A DNA stretch of 64,000 bases, taken from Candidatus Poribacteria bacterium. Lineage in GTDB: Bacteria > Poribacteria > WGA-4E > WGA-3G. The stretch covers positions 2,524-66,523 of the forward strand of contig JAJEDN010000043.1 in NCBI GenBank assembly GCA_022821495.1. The letters run 5' to 3'. A model generated the notes under the pieces. It was not told the DNA's origin. It saw only the letters and a program-made list of their open reading frames with translations, and made no database searches. A program made the position numbers and the translations under genes. Below, one piece after another: positions 1 to 8,682 of the stretch (position 1 is its first letter; the number at the start of each line of letters is the position of its first letter).

Positions 1-449
1 TGAGGGAACTCACATGGGCTAAGCGATTCTCCGAATGTTCATGGTCACCCGATGGCAAACAGATCGCTTTTACTTCAGATCCCCCTAATGGAGGCAGTGA
101 AATTTTCAGCATTGATGTAAATGGAAAGAACCGCCACCAACTCACATGGTCGGACCAACCTGCAGTCATTTGGGGGCCTGTGTGGTCACCGAGTGGAACA
201 TGGATCGCCTATATCGTGGGTCAGATTCCAGCAGGCGGTGGACCGGTAGATCAAATTATGACTAACGGGGCCATCAGTGTTGTCAATACGATAAACGGTG
301 CAGGTGGGAAACCGATTGAGGCAACAAGAGGATTACCAAAACAATCGCTCCAGTGGGTGCCAAAACAGTTGCTCTCCGTATCACCGAGTGCAGAGAAGCA
401 GATAACGCTCTGGGGCAAACTTAAGCAAGCAGCAGATGCCTCCAAGTAA
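1..449 (+). CDS. PD40/TolB-like beta-propeller repeat protein, C-terminal fragment (5' end outside window)
   Basis: Frame 3 is open from the window edge. It reads ...CSWSPDGKQIAFTSD... and VWSPSGTWIAY (WSPDG-type PD40 motifs). The tail ITLWGKLK resembles the tails of the next four genes. Confidence 0.75.
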   Translation, partial: RELTWAKRFSECSWSPDGKQIAFTSDPPNGGSEIFSIDVNGKNRHQLTWSDQPAVIWGPVWSPSGTWIAYIVGQIPAGGGPVDQIMTNGAISVVNTINGAGGKPIEATRGLPKQSLQWVPKQLLSVSPSAEKQITLWGKLKQAADASK

Positions 450-520
450 CTCTCGTATTGTCAGAGAAATTTGTTCAACTCACACGTATCTCTTGTATTT
501 TAGCCTGTAAGGAGCACACA

Positions 521-1339
521 ATGAAATTTTCTATTTGGATTATTGGAGGTATCCTCCTGTGCCAGGCGTTACCTGTCTCCGCTGGAACGTTCTTAGAAAC
601 ATTTGATAACTTTAACTTAAAGAATTGGGAAGAAGTTAATGAGCGGAATGCTCCTGCTGGCGAATGGCGGGGCATCAATGGTGTGCTGCAGGCAGAAAGC
701 AAAGATGATGCGATCCGCATGCTTGTGATAAAAGATGCAGCGTGGCACGATTACGACGTAGAAATCGATGTCATGCCACTTGCCAAACATGGACGTGGAC
801 ACATTGTGCTCGCTGCACGAGTTAATCAGACGCATGCAATTGTTTTTGCGATCGGAAATATCTTCTGGAATGCCCCTGCACCTATAGCATCAGGTTTCAT
901 CTTGAACTTGAACACCGGCACCAGAGTGGGACTCCCACTGATACTTATGAAAATAGAGGATTTGTTGAACGGACGCCCGCAAGGTGAAATTGTAGATGAG
1001 CTTTTGCGAGTCGGTGTGGCTACAAATATATGTACAACAGTTTCACCGCATCCGTTTCTTGAAAGCGGAAAGTGGACCCAGTTAAAGCTGGGTGTCGTCG
1101 ATAAAATTTTTACGTTCTCGGTTAATGGAGAGGTGGTCTTATACCTCACCTGTCTCTTTGACAACTTCGCTTTCTTGGAGGAAGACCTTAATATTGGTAG
1201 TGTCGGTTTCGGTCTCGCAGGTTATACCGCTCGATTTGACAATCTCAAGATTACCGGCGAAGAAGTCCCGAATCACGGCGGTTTAGTGGTCCAACCCCAA
1301 AGCAAACTGGCAGTGACGTGGGCTCAACTGAAAAAATAG
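521..1339 (+). CDS. secreted concanavalin/DUF1080-like jelly-roll protein
   Basis: ATG 521 follows AAGGAG and opens a signal peptide (MKFSIWIIGGILLCQALPVSAG). FDNF..NWEEV...W..INGVL and a terminal ARFDNLKI resemble the DUF1080/LamG-like pattern. Tail is KLAVTWAQLKK. The longer ORF start at 458 has no RBS. Confidence 0.55.
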   Translation: MKFSIWIIGGILLCQALPVSAGTFLETFDNFNLKNWEEVNERNAPAGEWRGINGVLQAESKDDAIRMLVIKDAAWHDYDVEIDVMPLAKHGRGHIVLAARVNQTHAIVFAIGNIFWNAPAPIASGFILNLNTGTRVGLPLILMKIEDLLNGRPQGEIVDELLRVGVATNICTTVSPHPFLESGKWTQLKLGVVDKIFTFSVNGEVVLYLTCLFDNFAFLEEDLNIGSVGFGLAGYTARFDNLKITGEEVPNHGGLVVQPQSKLAVTWAQLKK

Positions 1340-1383
1340 GTTAAGTAACCACAAAGCGACCAGCCAGAGAAAGAGGGTTTCTG

Positions 1384-2274
1384 ATGTTTATTAACCATAA
1401 GTTCCTATTAAGTGTAGCGTTATTGTTCAGTTTAGTTGTACCTGTTTTTTCTTTCGAGCCTTCCGGAGGTGTTTTATCGTTGGATGGTGAAGATGACTAT
1501 GCAATACTCCCTTTTGCGGAACATGGGCATATTTTCCCTGAAGGCACCCATGCGTTTACTGTTGAAGTATGGTTCTATCCAAAAACTGAACCCAAGGAAA
1601 TAGATAAAGACCTTATTCTCACGCAGCAAGTTTCCATCGGACTAAAGGCAAGAGATCAGTGTCGACTCGCAAAGAATCAACTTTGCAGTTACCGTCATGC
1701 ATATCTTTCAGGAGACAGAGGTCACGGACTTGCAGGGAGTGATAGTCCAATCGAGAAAGATCAATGGAACTATATAGCAATCATTTTCAAGAACAGCACA
1801 CTTTGTCATGCGACCAACAACCAAATTGGTCAAGGGTGGAGACTTCCTATTGTGGACAGGGTATCTTTGCATATCAATAGACCTGAAAGGGTTCAAGGTT
1901 TCGTCGTAGGCGGATATGGTGAGGATAAGTTTGTGGCGCCTAACGGTGGGTTGTTATTCCAAGTGAGCAGCTTTCATGGCGAAATTGATGCAATCCGGTT
2001 TTCAAATACGGCTCGGTATGACTGCGCCGCACAGGGCCACAATCCGTTTGATCCACCGCCCCGTTTTGTGAATGATAAACACACGTTGGCACTCTGGGAT
2101 TTCAATGACAAGGAAGGTGCTACACGCTTTGAAGACACGTCTGGGAATGGAAAGACGCTCATCGGCATGAACGGTGCCACTGTGGTTGGTGGTGAAGGTG
2201 TTGGTAATCTCGAAATTCGTCCCAACAACTCTTTAACGACAACATGGGGCCAAGTCAAGTCGGAATCGTTTTGA
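1384..2274 (+). CDS. secreted LamG (laminin G_3 / concanavalin-like) domain protein
   Basis: Signal peptide present. LSLDGEDDYAILP...FTVEVWFYP...FHGEIDAIRFSNTAR is a typical LamG pattern. Tail is SLTTTWGQVKSESF. Confidence 0.65.
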   Translation: MFINHKFLLSVALLFSLVVPVFSFEPSGGVLSLDGEDDYAILPFAEHGHIFPEGTHAFTVEVWFYPKTEPKEIDKDLILTQQVSIGLKARDQCRLAKNQLCSYRHAYLSGDRGHGLAGSDSPIEKDQWNYIAIIFKNSTLCHATNNQIGQGWRLPIVDRVSLHINRPERVQGFVVGGYGEDKFVAPNGGLLFQVSSFHGEIDAIRFSNTARYDCAAQGHNPFDPPPRFVNDKHTLALWDFNDKEGATRFEDTSGNGKTLIGMNGATVVGGEGVGNLEIRPNNSLTTTWGQVKSESF

Positions 2275-2314
2275 ACTTGAAATTCATGAACCAAACAAAA
2301 AGGAATACGCCAAG

Positions 2315-3334
2315 ATGAAACAAGCATTGCGTTATACAATATTATGGAGTCTATTCATCCTACTGGTTGGAAATGTCGAAGCCGATCAGATAGGGACACT
2401 CTCTTTTGCTTCCTACCCTCGGAGTCCTGACCTCTATCTCATAGATAGCACAGGCAAAAACTTCCAAAAACTCACAACCGATCACATAAATAAGGGGACA
2501 CCCACTTGGTCGCCGGACGGACGCTTTTTTGCCTATCATTCTAATGATAATGGGGGTCCGAACATCTATGTGGTGGATGTCAGAAACAAGACCTCTCGTC
2601 AATTGACAAACCACCGCGATAGGGACTTGTCACCCGCGTGGTCTCCGAATGGCAAATGGATCGCTTTTGAATCTGACCGAACTGGGGATCTACATATCTA
2701 CAGAATCGATGTAGACGGTTCAAATCTGATGCGATTGACAAACCGTGGAGACAACCAAAATCCTGCGTGGTCACCAGACAGTCAATGGATTGCCTATAAT
2801 TCCTATCAAGAAGGAAATCGTGATGCTGGGATTCGTGGAAGGCAATTTCTCTCTGTAATGACTGCCGATGGCAAAAGGTCGAGGCAACTGACAGAAGGCC
2901 TAAATATGTCTGGCTGTACGTGGTCTCCAGATGGAAAACAGATCGCTTTTGCTGCGGGGAATATAGGAAAAGACGGCCTGAATATCATCGTCATTGATGT
3001 CAATGGGCATAACCGCCGTGCCTTAACCGAAGTGGGTCCAAACGCATGGGCAGGGAGTCCATCGTGGTCGCCGGATGGCAAGTGGATCGCCTATTTTTTC
3101 AAGGTTTTGCCAGTATTGGATTTGGATCTTGGACACGGAATCCGAGCCATTGACTTTTGGAGTGGTGACAATGTTATCTGCGTGATAAGTCCTGAAGGTC
3201 AGAACGACGCGCAACAGCTTAAAGCAACAAGGGGATTGTCGTCCAGTCCTGTGTGGGTACCAGAGAGTTTCTTCCGGGTTTCGCCGCAACCAGAGTTGCT
3301 AACAACACAATGGGGAGAAATCAAGAGGGAATAG
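2315..3334 (+). CDS. secreted PD40/TolB-like beta-propeller repeat protein
   Basis: Signal peptide present. Repeated WSPDG/WSPNG motifs (WSPDGRFFAYHS, WSPNGKWIAFESDR, WSPDSQWIAY, WSPDGKQIAF, WSPDGKWIAY). Tail is LLTTQWGEIKRE. Confidence 0.8.
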   Translation: MKQALRYTILWSLFILLVGNVEADQIGTLSFASYPRSPDLYLIDSTGKNFQKLTTDHINKGTPTWSPDGRFFAYHSNDNGGPNIYVVDVRNKTSRQLTNHRDRDLSPAWSPNGKWIAFESDRTGDLHIYRIDVDGSNLMRLTNRGDNQNPAWSPDSQWIAYNSYQEGNRDAGIRGRQFLSVMTADGKRSRQLTEGLNMSGCTWSPDGKQIAFAAGNIGKDGLNIIVIDVNGHNRRALTEVGPNAWAGSPSWSPDGKWIAYFFKVLPVLDLDLGHGIRAIDFWSGDNVICVISPEGQNDAQQLKATRGLSSSPVWVPESFFRVSPQPELLTTQWGEIKRE

Positions 3335-3384
3335 ACTTTTGTATCTTGCTTTTTAAGAAGCAGAGCGCAGTGGAATACTTCAAA

Positions 3385-4419
3385 GTGAAACATGTATTGA
3401 GTTATGCAGCATTATGGGGTCTATTCATTCTACTGTTTGGAAATGTCCAAGCAGATGGGATCGGAACGCTTTCTTTCCTTTCCAAGGATACCGGGGACTT
3501 TGAGATCTATCTCATAGATACCCAAGGCAAAATTCGCCACCATCTTTCAACTGGATTGGCCGATATGAGTGCTCTCACTTGGTCACCTGATGGACGTTTT
3601 ATCACCTATGTATCCAATACGGGAGGAAATGCCGAGATTTATCTGATGAATGTAGGAAACCGGAAAACCCGTCGGTTGACCCATCATCTGAGCACAGATA
3701 CATCACCGGCTTGGTCGCCTGATGGAAAATGGATTGTCTTCACCTCCAACCGTATGGGGAACAACAACATTTACAAGATGGAGGTAACCGGCGCAAAATT
3801 GGAACGATTGACCCATCAAGGCAACAACAAAAGCCCTGTTTGGTCTCCAGACGGTCAATGGATTGCCTTCGTTTCCTCTCGGAACCAAAAAGAGGGTCTC
3901 TATATAATGACTGCCAATGGAAATAGGTTAAAGCGGTTGGCAGATGCATCTTTCAAGTGGGGCGGATGCACTTGGTCACCTAATGGAACACAGATTGCGT
4001 TTTCTGCTTGGGATCCTGAAGTCGAAGGAACAAACATTTTTATCGTTGACTCGGATGGAAAAAACATACGCCATCTAACCCGAGAAGAGCCAAGAGATAT
4101 TCGCTTTGATCCAAAAGTCCCACTCGCTTATCGACCTACGTGGTCCCCTGATGGTCGTTGCCTTGCCTATACTTTAGAATATCTGCGTGTTCCTAAACCT
4201 GAAGGTCTTCAAGAGGATAGGAAAGTCATCTTCCCTTTGGTGCCTCGCGACGGTGTTATCTGCATCACAAACGCCGTAGATGGAGGTAGCGGAAAACCGC
4301 TCCTGATAACAGAAGAGTTGTCATCCGATTTATCTCCGGCATGGGTGCCGGAGGGTTTCTTCCCGGTTTCGCCGCGACCACAGTTATTATCAACACAGTG
4401 GGGACAGCTAAAAAAATAG
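3385..4419 (+). CDS. secreted PD40/TolB-like beta-propeller repeat protein (tandem paralog of 2315..3334)
   Basis: GTG 3385 gives VKHVLSYAALWGLFILLFGNVQADGIGTLSF, colinear with the N-terminus of the upstream paralog. There are six WSPDG-type repeats and the tail LLSTQWGQLKK. The ORF-track start at 3253 would overlap the previous gene. Confidence 0.8.
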   Translation: MKHVLSYAALWGLFILLFGNVQADGIGTLSFLSKDTGDFEIYLIDTQGKIRHHLSTGLADMSALTWSPDGRFITYVSNTGGNAEIYLMNVGNRKTRRLTHHLSTDTSPAWSPDGKWIVFTSNRMGNNNIYKMEVTGAKLERLTHQGNNKSPVWSPDGQWIAFVSSRNQKEGLYIMTANGNRLKRLADASFKWGGCTWSPNGTQIAFSAWDPEVEGTNIFIVDSDGKNIRHLTREEPRDIRFDPKVPLAYRPTWSPDGRCLAYTLEYLRVPKPEGLQEDRKVIFPLVPRDGVICITNAVDGGSGKPLLITEELSSDLSPAWVPEGFFPVSPRPQLLSTQWGQLKK

Positions 4420-4509
4420 TTGTTTTTTACACTTAAAGAACACTTCTAAGCGATCCGATCCTGCATGGAATTTGCCAAAATTCTACGGGTATCGGATTTT
4501 TTTCAAGTT

Positions 4510-4543
4510 ATGCACCTTTTTGCCCTCAAAATTGTATCATTAA
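4510..4543 (+). promoter_or_regulatory. 34-nt conserved motif ATGCACCTTTTTGCCCTCAAAATTGTATCATTAA, candidate (ECF-type?) promoter, copy 1
   Basis: 32/34 identical to 9581..9614. It lies 53 nt upstream of the sigma-fusion start codon. It can be read as GCACC(T-tract)-N17-GTATC or as TGCACC-N18-TATCAT. Confidence 0.4.
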
Positions 4544-4595
4544 CAATTTGAATATAAACACAATCACATCTAAAGATGCGTCATAAGGAATTCTG

Positions 4596-7500
4596 ATGGT
4601 AGAAAACGATGTTCAACTGATTCACAGAATTTTGTCGGGTGATGAACAAGCGTTCAGCACTTTAGTCCGAAAATACCAAAAGAGCGTTCACGCGCTTGCG
4701 TGGCGGAAGATTGGGGATTTTCACATCGCTGAAGAGATTGCCCAAGATGCCTTCCTGCAGGCATACAAAAATCTTGCGACACTGAGGAATCCCAACCAAT
4801 TCGCTGGATGGTTGTATGTGATTGCAAACAATCTTTGCAAGCGATGGCACCAAAAGCAGAAACTTTCTACGCGATCGCTGGAGGGCACACCTATGACAGA
4901 GATAGAGAACTCTTCTTACAAACGTTATGAATTGGAACAACGAGAGGAGGAAGCCGCTGAACGTCGGCATGAAATCGTCAAGGCACTTCTCGAAACGCTG
5001 CCGGAAAGTGAACGCACAGTTGTGACACTCCACTACCTCGGTGAAATGACAGCACAAGAAATTAGCAAATTCTTAGGTGTTTCCGTGAATACGATCAAAA
5101 GCCGGATTCGCCGGGCACGGGAGCGTTTACAAGCGGAAGAGCACCTGATTAGCGAAACGCTGGGGAGCGTTCAGATGCCTACCAATTTCATTGAGCGTAT
5201 TATGCAGCAAGTTGCTGACATCAAACCGACACCGCCTTCGGTTGGAAAACCTGTGTTACCTTGGCTCGCTTTCGGCACCGCTGCGATTCTTATAATGCTG
5301 ATGATTGGTATCGGGTCCCAATACCTGACGCGTTTTCAGAGACCTTACAACTTGAACGCCCAATCGGAAACCACTGTTGAGATCATTGAGGCACCCGTTG
5401 TCCTTGACACACAAGCAGAACCAGATGTGCGAAACCAAGCCGGACGTTCTGACACCACGGGTAGGGACAGCGGTGCTGGTCTGCAAGTTTCGGAACCCGT
5501 TGTCCCGGTTCCCGCCACCCAGATAGAAAAGGAGCCACTCCCAACACCACAGCAGTGGAAACCAGTGAGCGTACCAGCGAGCGGTCCCGTAGGCGGCTTA
5601 CTGGTAAGTTCAAATGGCGATATCTACGCCGCTTCGCGTCTTGGTATCTATAGATTAACGCCAGACACACGCACGTGGACGCTCCTCAGCCCTACAAATT
5701 TGAAGGTCCCCGGCACAATAATACCGATGACAGAGCAAAACGGGACCCTTTATCTTCTCTCTGATGATGAAGTGCTTATTTCAACCAATAGAGGCGAGAC
5801 CTGGGAGCCGGTTGGCACCCGTCCGGAAGGTGTTGCAGTCGCATTGGCCGTAACGGATGAAGCGTTGTACCTCCTGCTGAGAGATAAAGGCGTTTTCCGA
5901 TCTGAAGATATGGGACAGCAGTGGACACCACTCGGGCTTGAAGGAACGGCCAGACAAATCGTTGCTTTGGATAGTATTGAAAATACAGTGTTTGTCGGAA
6001 CACCTGAGGGACTCTATCGTATCAATCCAAGACATAATTTGACCACGGATATATGGGAAAAATTGCCGCTAAATACCACTCAAGCAATCCACTCCTTAGC
6101 GATTGCCGAGAACACCCTCTATGTCGGAACAGGCTTCGACTTAGGCTCCTCTAAAGAGGAGGAAATACGGGCACGGGCAACCGCTGGACAACCCTCGTGG
6201 GAAGTTTTTCGGTCAACCGATTTTGGCGATTCGTGGACCAACATCACACCTACAACCGAGCCAACCTTGAGGTTGTTCCCGGGCATTAAGGTCATTACAG
6301 TTGGAAAAACGCTTTGGGCATTGGGATATACCGGGTTCCAGTGCCGATCCACTGATGGTGGGGAAACATGGACAAACCACGGATACAAAAAGTTAGATCC
6401 GCTTTCAATGATGAATTCGTTTATGCTGGGTGTATTCCCCGCAGTTGGCATGGACGAAAAGATCCTATTCAAAGCCAGTCCTTTTGGACTTATCCGTTCA
6501 ACCGATGCTGGCGAATCGTGGCATCCGTTTATGACAGGCATGGTCGGAACTCGGATATCTAACTTAGTCGCATTCAAAAACGCACTCTACGCCTATACCG
6601 GTACAAATCTCGCGAAATCCACCGACGGTGGGATGTCATGGCAAGATCTACGCTTCACCCCTGATAGATTAACACCAGAATTAGGGGCGGAATTGGCTGT
6701 CGGTTTTCTATTCCGTTCTACGCAACTGGCAATTTCTGACGATAAACTCTACTGCATCGGCACCGCAATTTCCGCAGACATAGAAGGGTCCCAGCCCCAG
6801 CAGCGTATCTTCCATTTTTCTAAAAATCGCGGCGCGCTGGTACTTATGCCAGAAGCCCCTGTCTTTGGTGAAAATCTTTCTATAGAGCCGCCAAAAACTG
6901 CATCACAAGAGAGATTGGAAAAAAATATAGCAGACGATTCACCCAACACCCCTGAGAAAGTCAGTGAATCGACAGACACAACCCGCGAGCCTACAGAATC
7001 TCCCAGTGCGTTTGCAGTCAGTAGTGATACATTCTATGTGGAATATCAGCGGCGGCTCCTGCGGTGGAGACGCGGCGAACCTGAATGGTTCGACACTGGA
7101 CTCGTAGATATTGATGCGTCTGCTAACGATGAGGGCACTGATCGTTTCATTCTTGCGGTTTCAGGTGAAACCGTCTACGTTGGCAAGAGCGATGGACGTC
7201 TGTTTCGATCGCTCAATAATGGGAACACATGGAAAGACCTAACCGCAACGCTGCCCCTTCGATTCAAACATTTCAAGGATATTGTTTTTGCGGGTTCAGC
7301 GCTTTATGTCGCCACAGACGCAGGGGTCTTAACATCGACGGACAATGAAAATTGGCGAACAATAACCGATACAGCCGGTACACACACCCTCATAGACCGA
7401 ATTGCTGTAGATGATATAACGGTTTATGGTGTTGGCGATACCGGGGGCTATGAATTGAATAACCGAGGCAGATGGAAACAAATTTTCTCAACGGTGCCAA

Positions 7501-7598
7501 ATAACGTCGTCTCTATCGCTATCAGTGGCGACAGGCTTTATATTGCCACCGAACGTAGCGGGATGTTTCATGCCTCGCTTGAAAAGGAAAACGATTGA
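4596..7598 (+). CDS. ECF sigma-70 family factor fused through one TM helix to a large Asp-box/BNR beta-propeller ectodomain
   Basis: The N-terminal ~190 aa carries sigma region 2 (FSTLVRKYQKSVHALAWRKIGDFHIAEEIAQDAFLQAY) and region 4 (RTVVTLHYLGEMTAQEISKFLGVSVNTIKSRIRRARERL). The hydrophobic helix LPWLAFGTAAILIMLMIGIGS maps to nt ~5253-5324. At least 8 S-x-D-x-G-x-x-W boxes follow (STNRGETW, SEDMGQQW, STDFGDSW, STDGGETW, STDAGESW, STDGGMSW, SLNNGNTW). Confidence 0.8.
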   Translation: MVENDVQLIHRILSGDEQAFSTLVRKYQKSVHALAWRKIGDFHIAEEIAQDAFLQAYKNLATLRNPNQFAGWLYVIANNLCKRWHQKQKLSTRSLEGTPMTEIENSSYKRYELEQREEEAAERRHEIVKALLETLPESERTVVTLHYLGEMTAQEISKFLGVSVNTIKSRIRRARERLQAEEHLISETLGSVQMPTNFIERIMQQVADIKPTPPSVGKPVLPWLAFGTAAILIMLMIGIGSQYLTRFQRPYNLNAQSETTVEIIEAPVVLDTQAEPDVRNQAGRSDTTGRDSGAGLQVSEPVVPVPATQIEKEPLPTPQQWKPVSVPASGPVGGLLVSSNGDIYAASRLGIYRLTPDTRTWTLLSPTNLKVPGTIIPMTEQNGTLYLLSDDEVLISTNRGETWEPVGTRPEGVAVALAVTDEALYLLLRDKGVFRSEDMGQQWTPLGLEGTARQIVALDSIENTVFVGTPEGLYRINPRHNLTTDIWEKLPLNTTQAIHSLAIAENTLYVGTGFDLGSSKEEEIRARATAGQPSWEVFRSTDFGDSWTNITPTTEPTLRLFPGIKVITVGKTLWALGYTGFQCRSTDGGETWTNHGYKKLDPLSMMNSFMLGVFPAVGMDEKILFKASPFGLIRSTDAGESWHPFMTGMVGTRISNLVAFKNALYAYTGTNLAKSTDGGMSWQDLRFTPDRLTPELGAELAVGFLFRSTQLAISDDKLYCIGTAISADIEGSQPQQRIFHFSKNRGALVLMPEAPVFGENLSIEPPKTASQERLEKNIADDSPNTPEKVSESTDTTREPTESPSAFAVSSDTFYVEYQRRLLRWRRGEPEWFDTGLVDIDASANDEGTDRFILAVSGETVYVGKSDGRLFRSLNNGNTWKDLTATLPLRFKHFKDIVFAGSALYVATDAGVLTSTDNENWRTITDTAGTHTLIDRIAVDDITVYGVGDTGGYELNNRGRWKQIFSTVPNNVVSIAISGDRLYIATERSGMFHASLEKEND

Positions 7599-7656
7599 TG
7601 CTGACAGCGGCACTCATAAAAAGCCTGTAAAACCCGAAAATATAAGGAGAAAAAGC

Positions 7657-8592
7657 ATGGGATACTTTCGATCAGGATATCAGGGTCTGTGCAATCTATT
7701 GACGTTTTGTGTCCTTCTCGGATTTGTAGTCGTTTGCGGCTGTTCGGAATCCGAAAATCGCAACGCGTTAGCCCCACCAGAAACAACAACGCACCCAATC
7801 TCTGAAGAAGTGGTGACCGAGGTGCTGGCGGCTGTAGAAAAAAATAGGCTCGCCGCAGAAATAGAATTCGCACCGCAATTGGAGGCAGTGCCAATGGCAC
7901 CGATGCAAAGACCCCCTACAATTGCTGAGGTTATGGCACAGTTGCGCATGGAATTTCCAGGCAATGTTTTAGACGACGATTTCACAAGGATTCGAGAAAT
8001 CATCGAGTCGGAAACCTATTTAGACTTCTTGAAACGTACCTATCCGCAGGAAAATCAGTTTCAGAATTTCGATGAGTTTTGGGCGTTAGCGTCCGTGGAC
8101 ACAGAAGGGTACATGGAGTTTTTGAGCAAATATTTTAAGTCACCCCTCCCTGAACCCACTGCGGAAGATGTTGATGTACTTCATTATATGGCTTTGTTTG
8201 AGCGCAATCTAAACGTCCGCACGTATCACGACGAGGCAGTCCAAGTGAATGAAGTTATGATAGAGATGATGATGAATGAGCCCGTGCACAGTTGGTTAGA
8301 GCAACGCTTCGTTGATGCTGATGCCGTAAATATTCTGCTTTTAATAAAACTTTTGGTCTATCATAGCATTCTCGTCGATGAACACCAAGAGGAAGATCGG
8401 GAAAAGATTCATGCCCTTTTTGTTGAACATGGTACGCAAAAAGGCTTTTTACGGGTCGCGCTCCAGGAACCGGTATGCCTCGGATATGTCCTCAAAGATT
8501 TTACAGACGTTCAAGTATTCCGAAAATGGGTTGATGGCGAATTCCGTGAAGTCGCCTGGTGGAAGCAACCCCAAGACAACGAAAAAAAGTGA
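7657..8592 (+). CDS. hypothetical lipoprotein (paralog A)
   Basis: ATG 7657 follows AAGGAGA. Lipobox-like LGFVVVCGC. Shares long blocks with 8683..9480 (PPT..E....QL..E.PGN.LD..F...R......T.LDFL.R..P.E.Q.Q..D.FW.LA; ...GY.LKDFTD..V.R.W..GEF). Confidence 0.6.
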   Translation: MGYFRSGYQGLCNLLTFCVLLGFVVVCGCSESENRNALAPPETTTHPISEEVVTEVLAAVEKNRLAAEIEFAPQLEAVPMAPMQRPPTIAEVMAQLRMEFPGNVLDDDFTRIREIIESETYLDFLKRTYPQENQFQNFDEFWALASVDTEGYMEFLSKYFKSPLPEPTAEDVDVLHYMALFERNLNVRTYHDEAVQVNEVMIEMMMNEPVHSWLEQRFVDADAVNILLLIKLLVYHSILVDEHQEEDREKIHALFVEHGTQKGFLRVALQEPVCLGYVLKDFTDVQVFRKWVDGEFREVAWWKQPQDNEKK

Positions 8593-8682
8593 CACGGTCG
8601 CCTGCAGTCCTATGATATTGCGGGCAGCGTGTTACGGGTAGTGTCTTCTGATACATCCTAACCTTCGGAGGATATAACGAAT

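Noticed and set aside
3253-3384. 5' extension of the second PD40 gene (ORF-track start 3253). The same kind of extension applies at 458, 7525, 9630, 16562, 17394, 17930, 25950, 33548 (minus-strand ORF 32403..33548), 35810 and 37305.
   Set aside because: The extensions overlap the preceding gene, a promoter or a terminator, and they lack an RBS. In each case an internal ATG/GTG/TTG with a Shine-Dalgarno sequence opens a proper signal peptide or a family-typical N-terminus.
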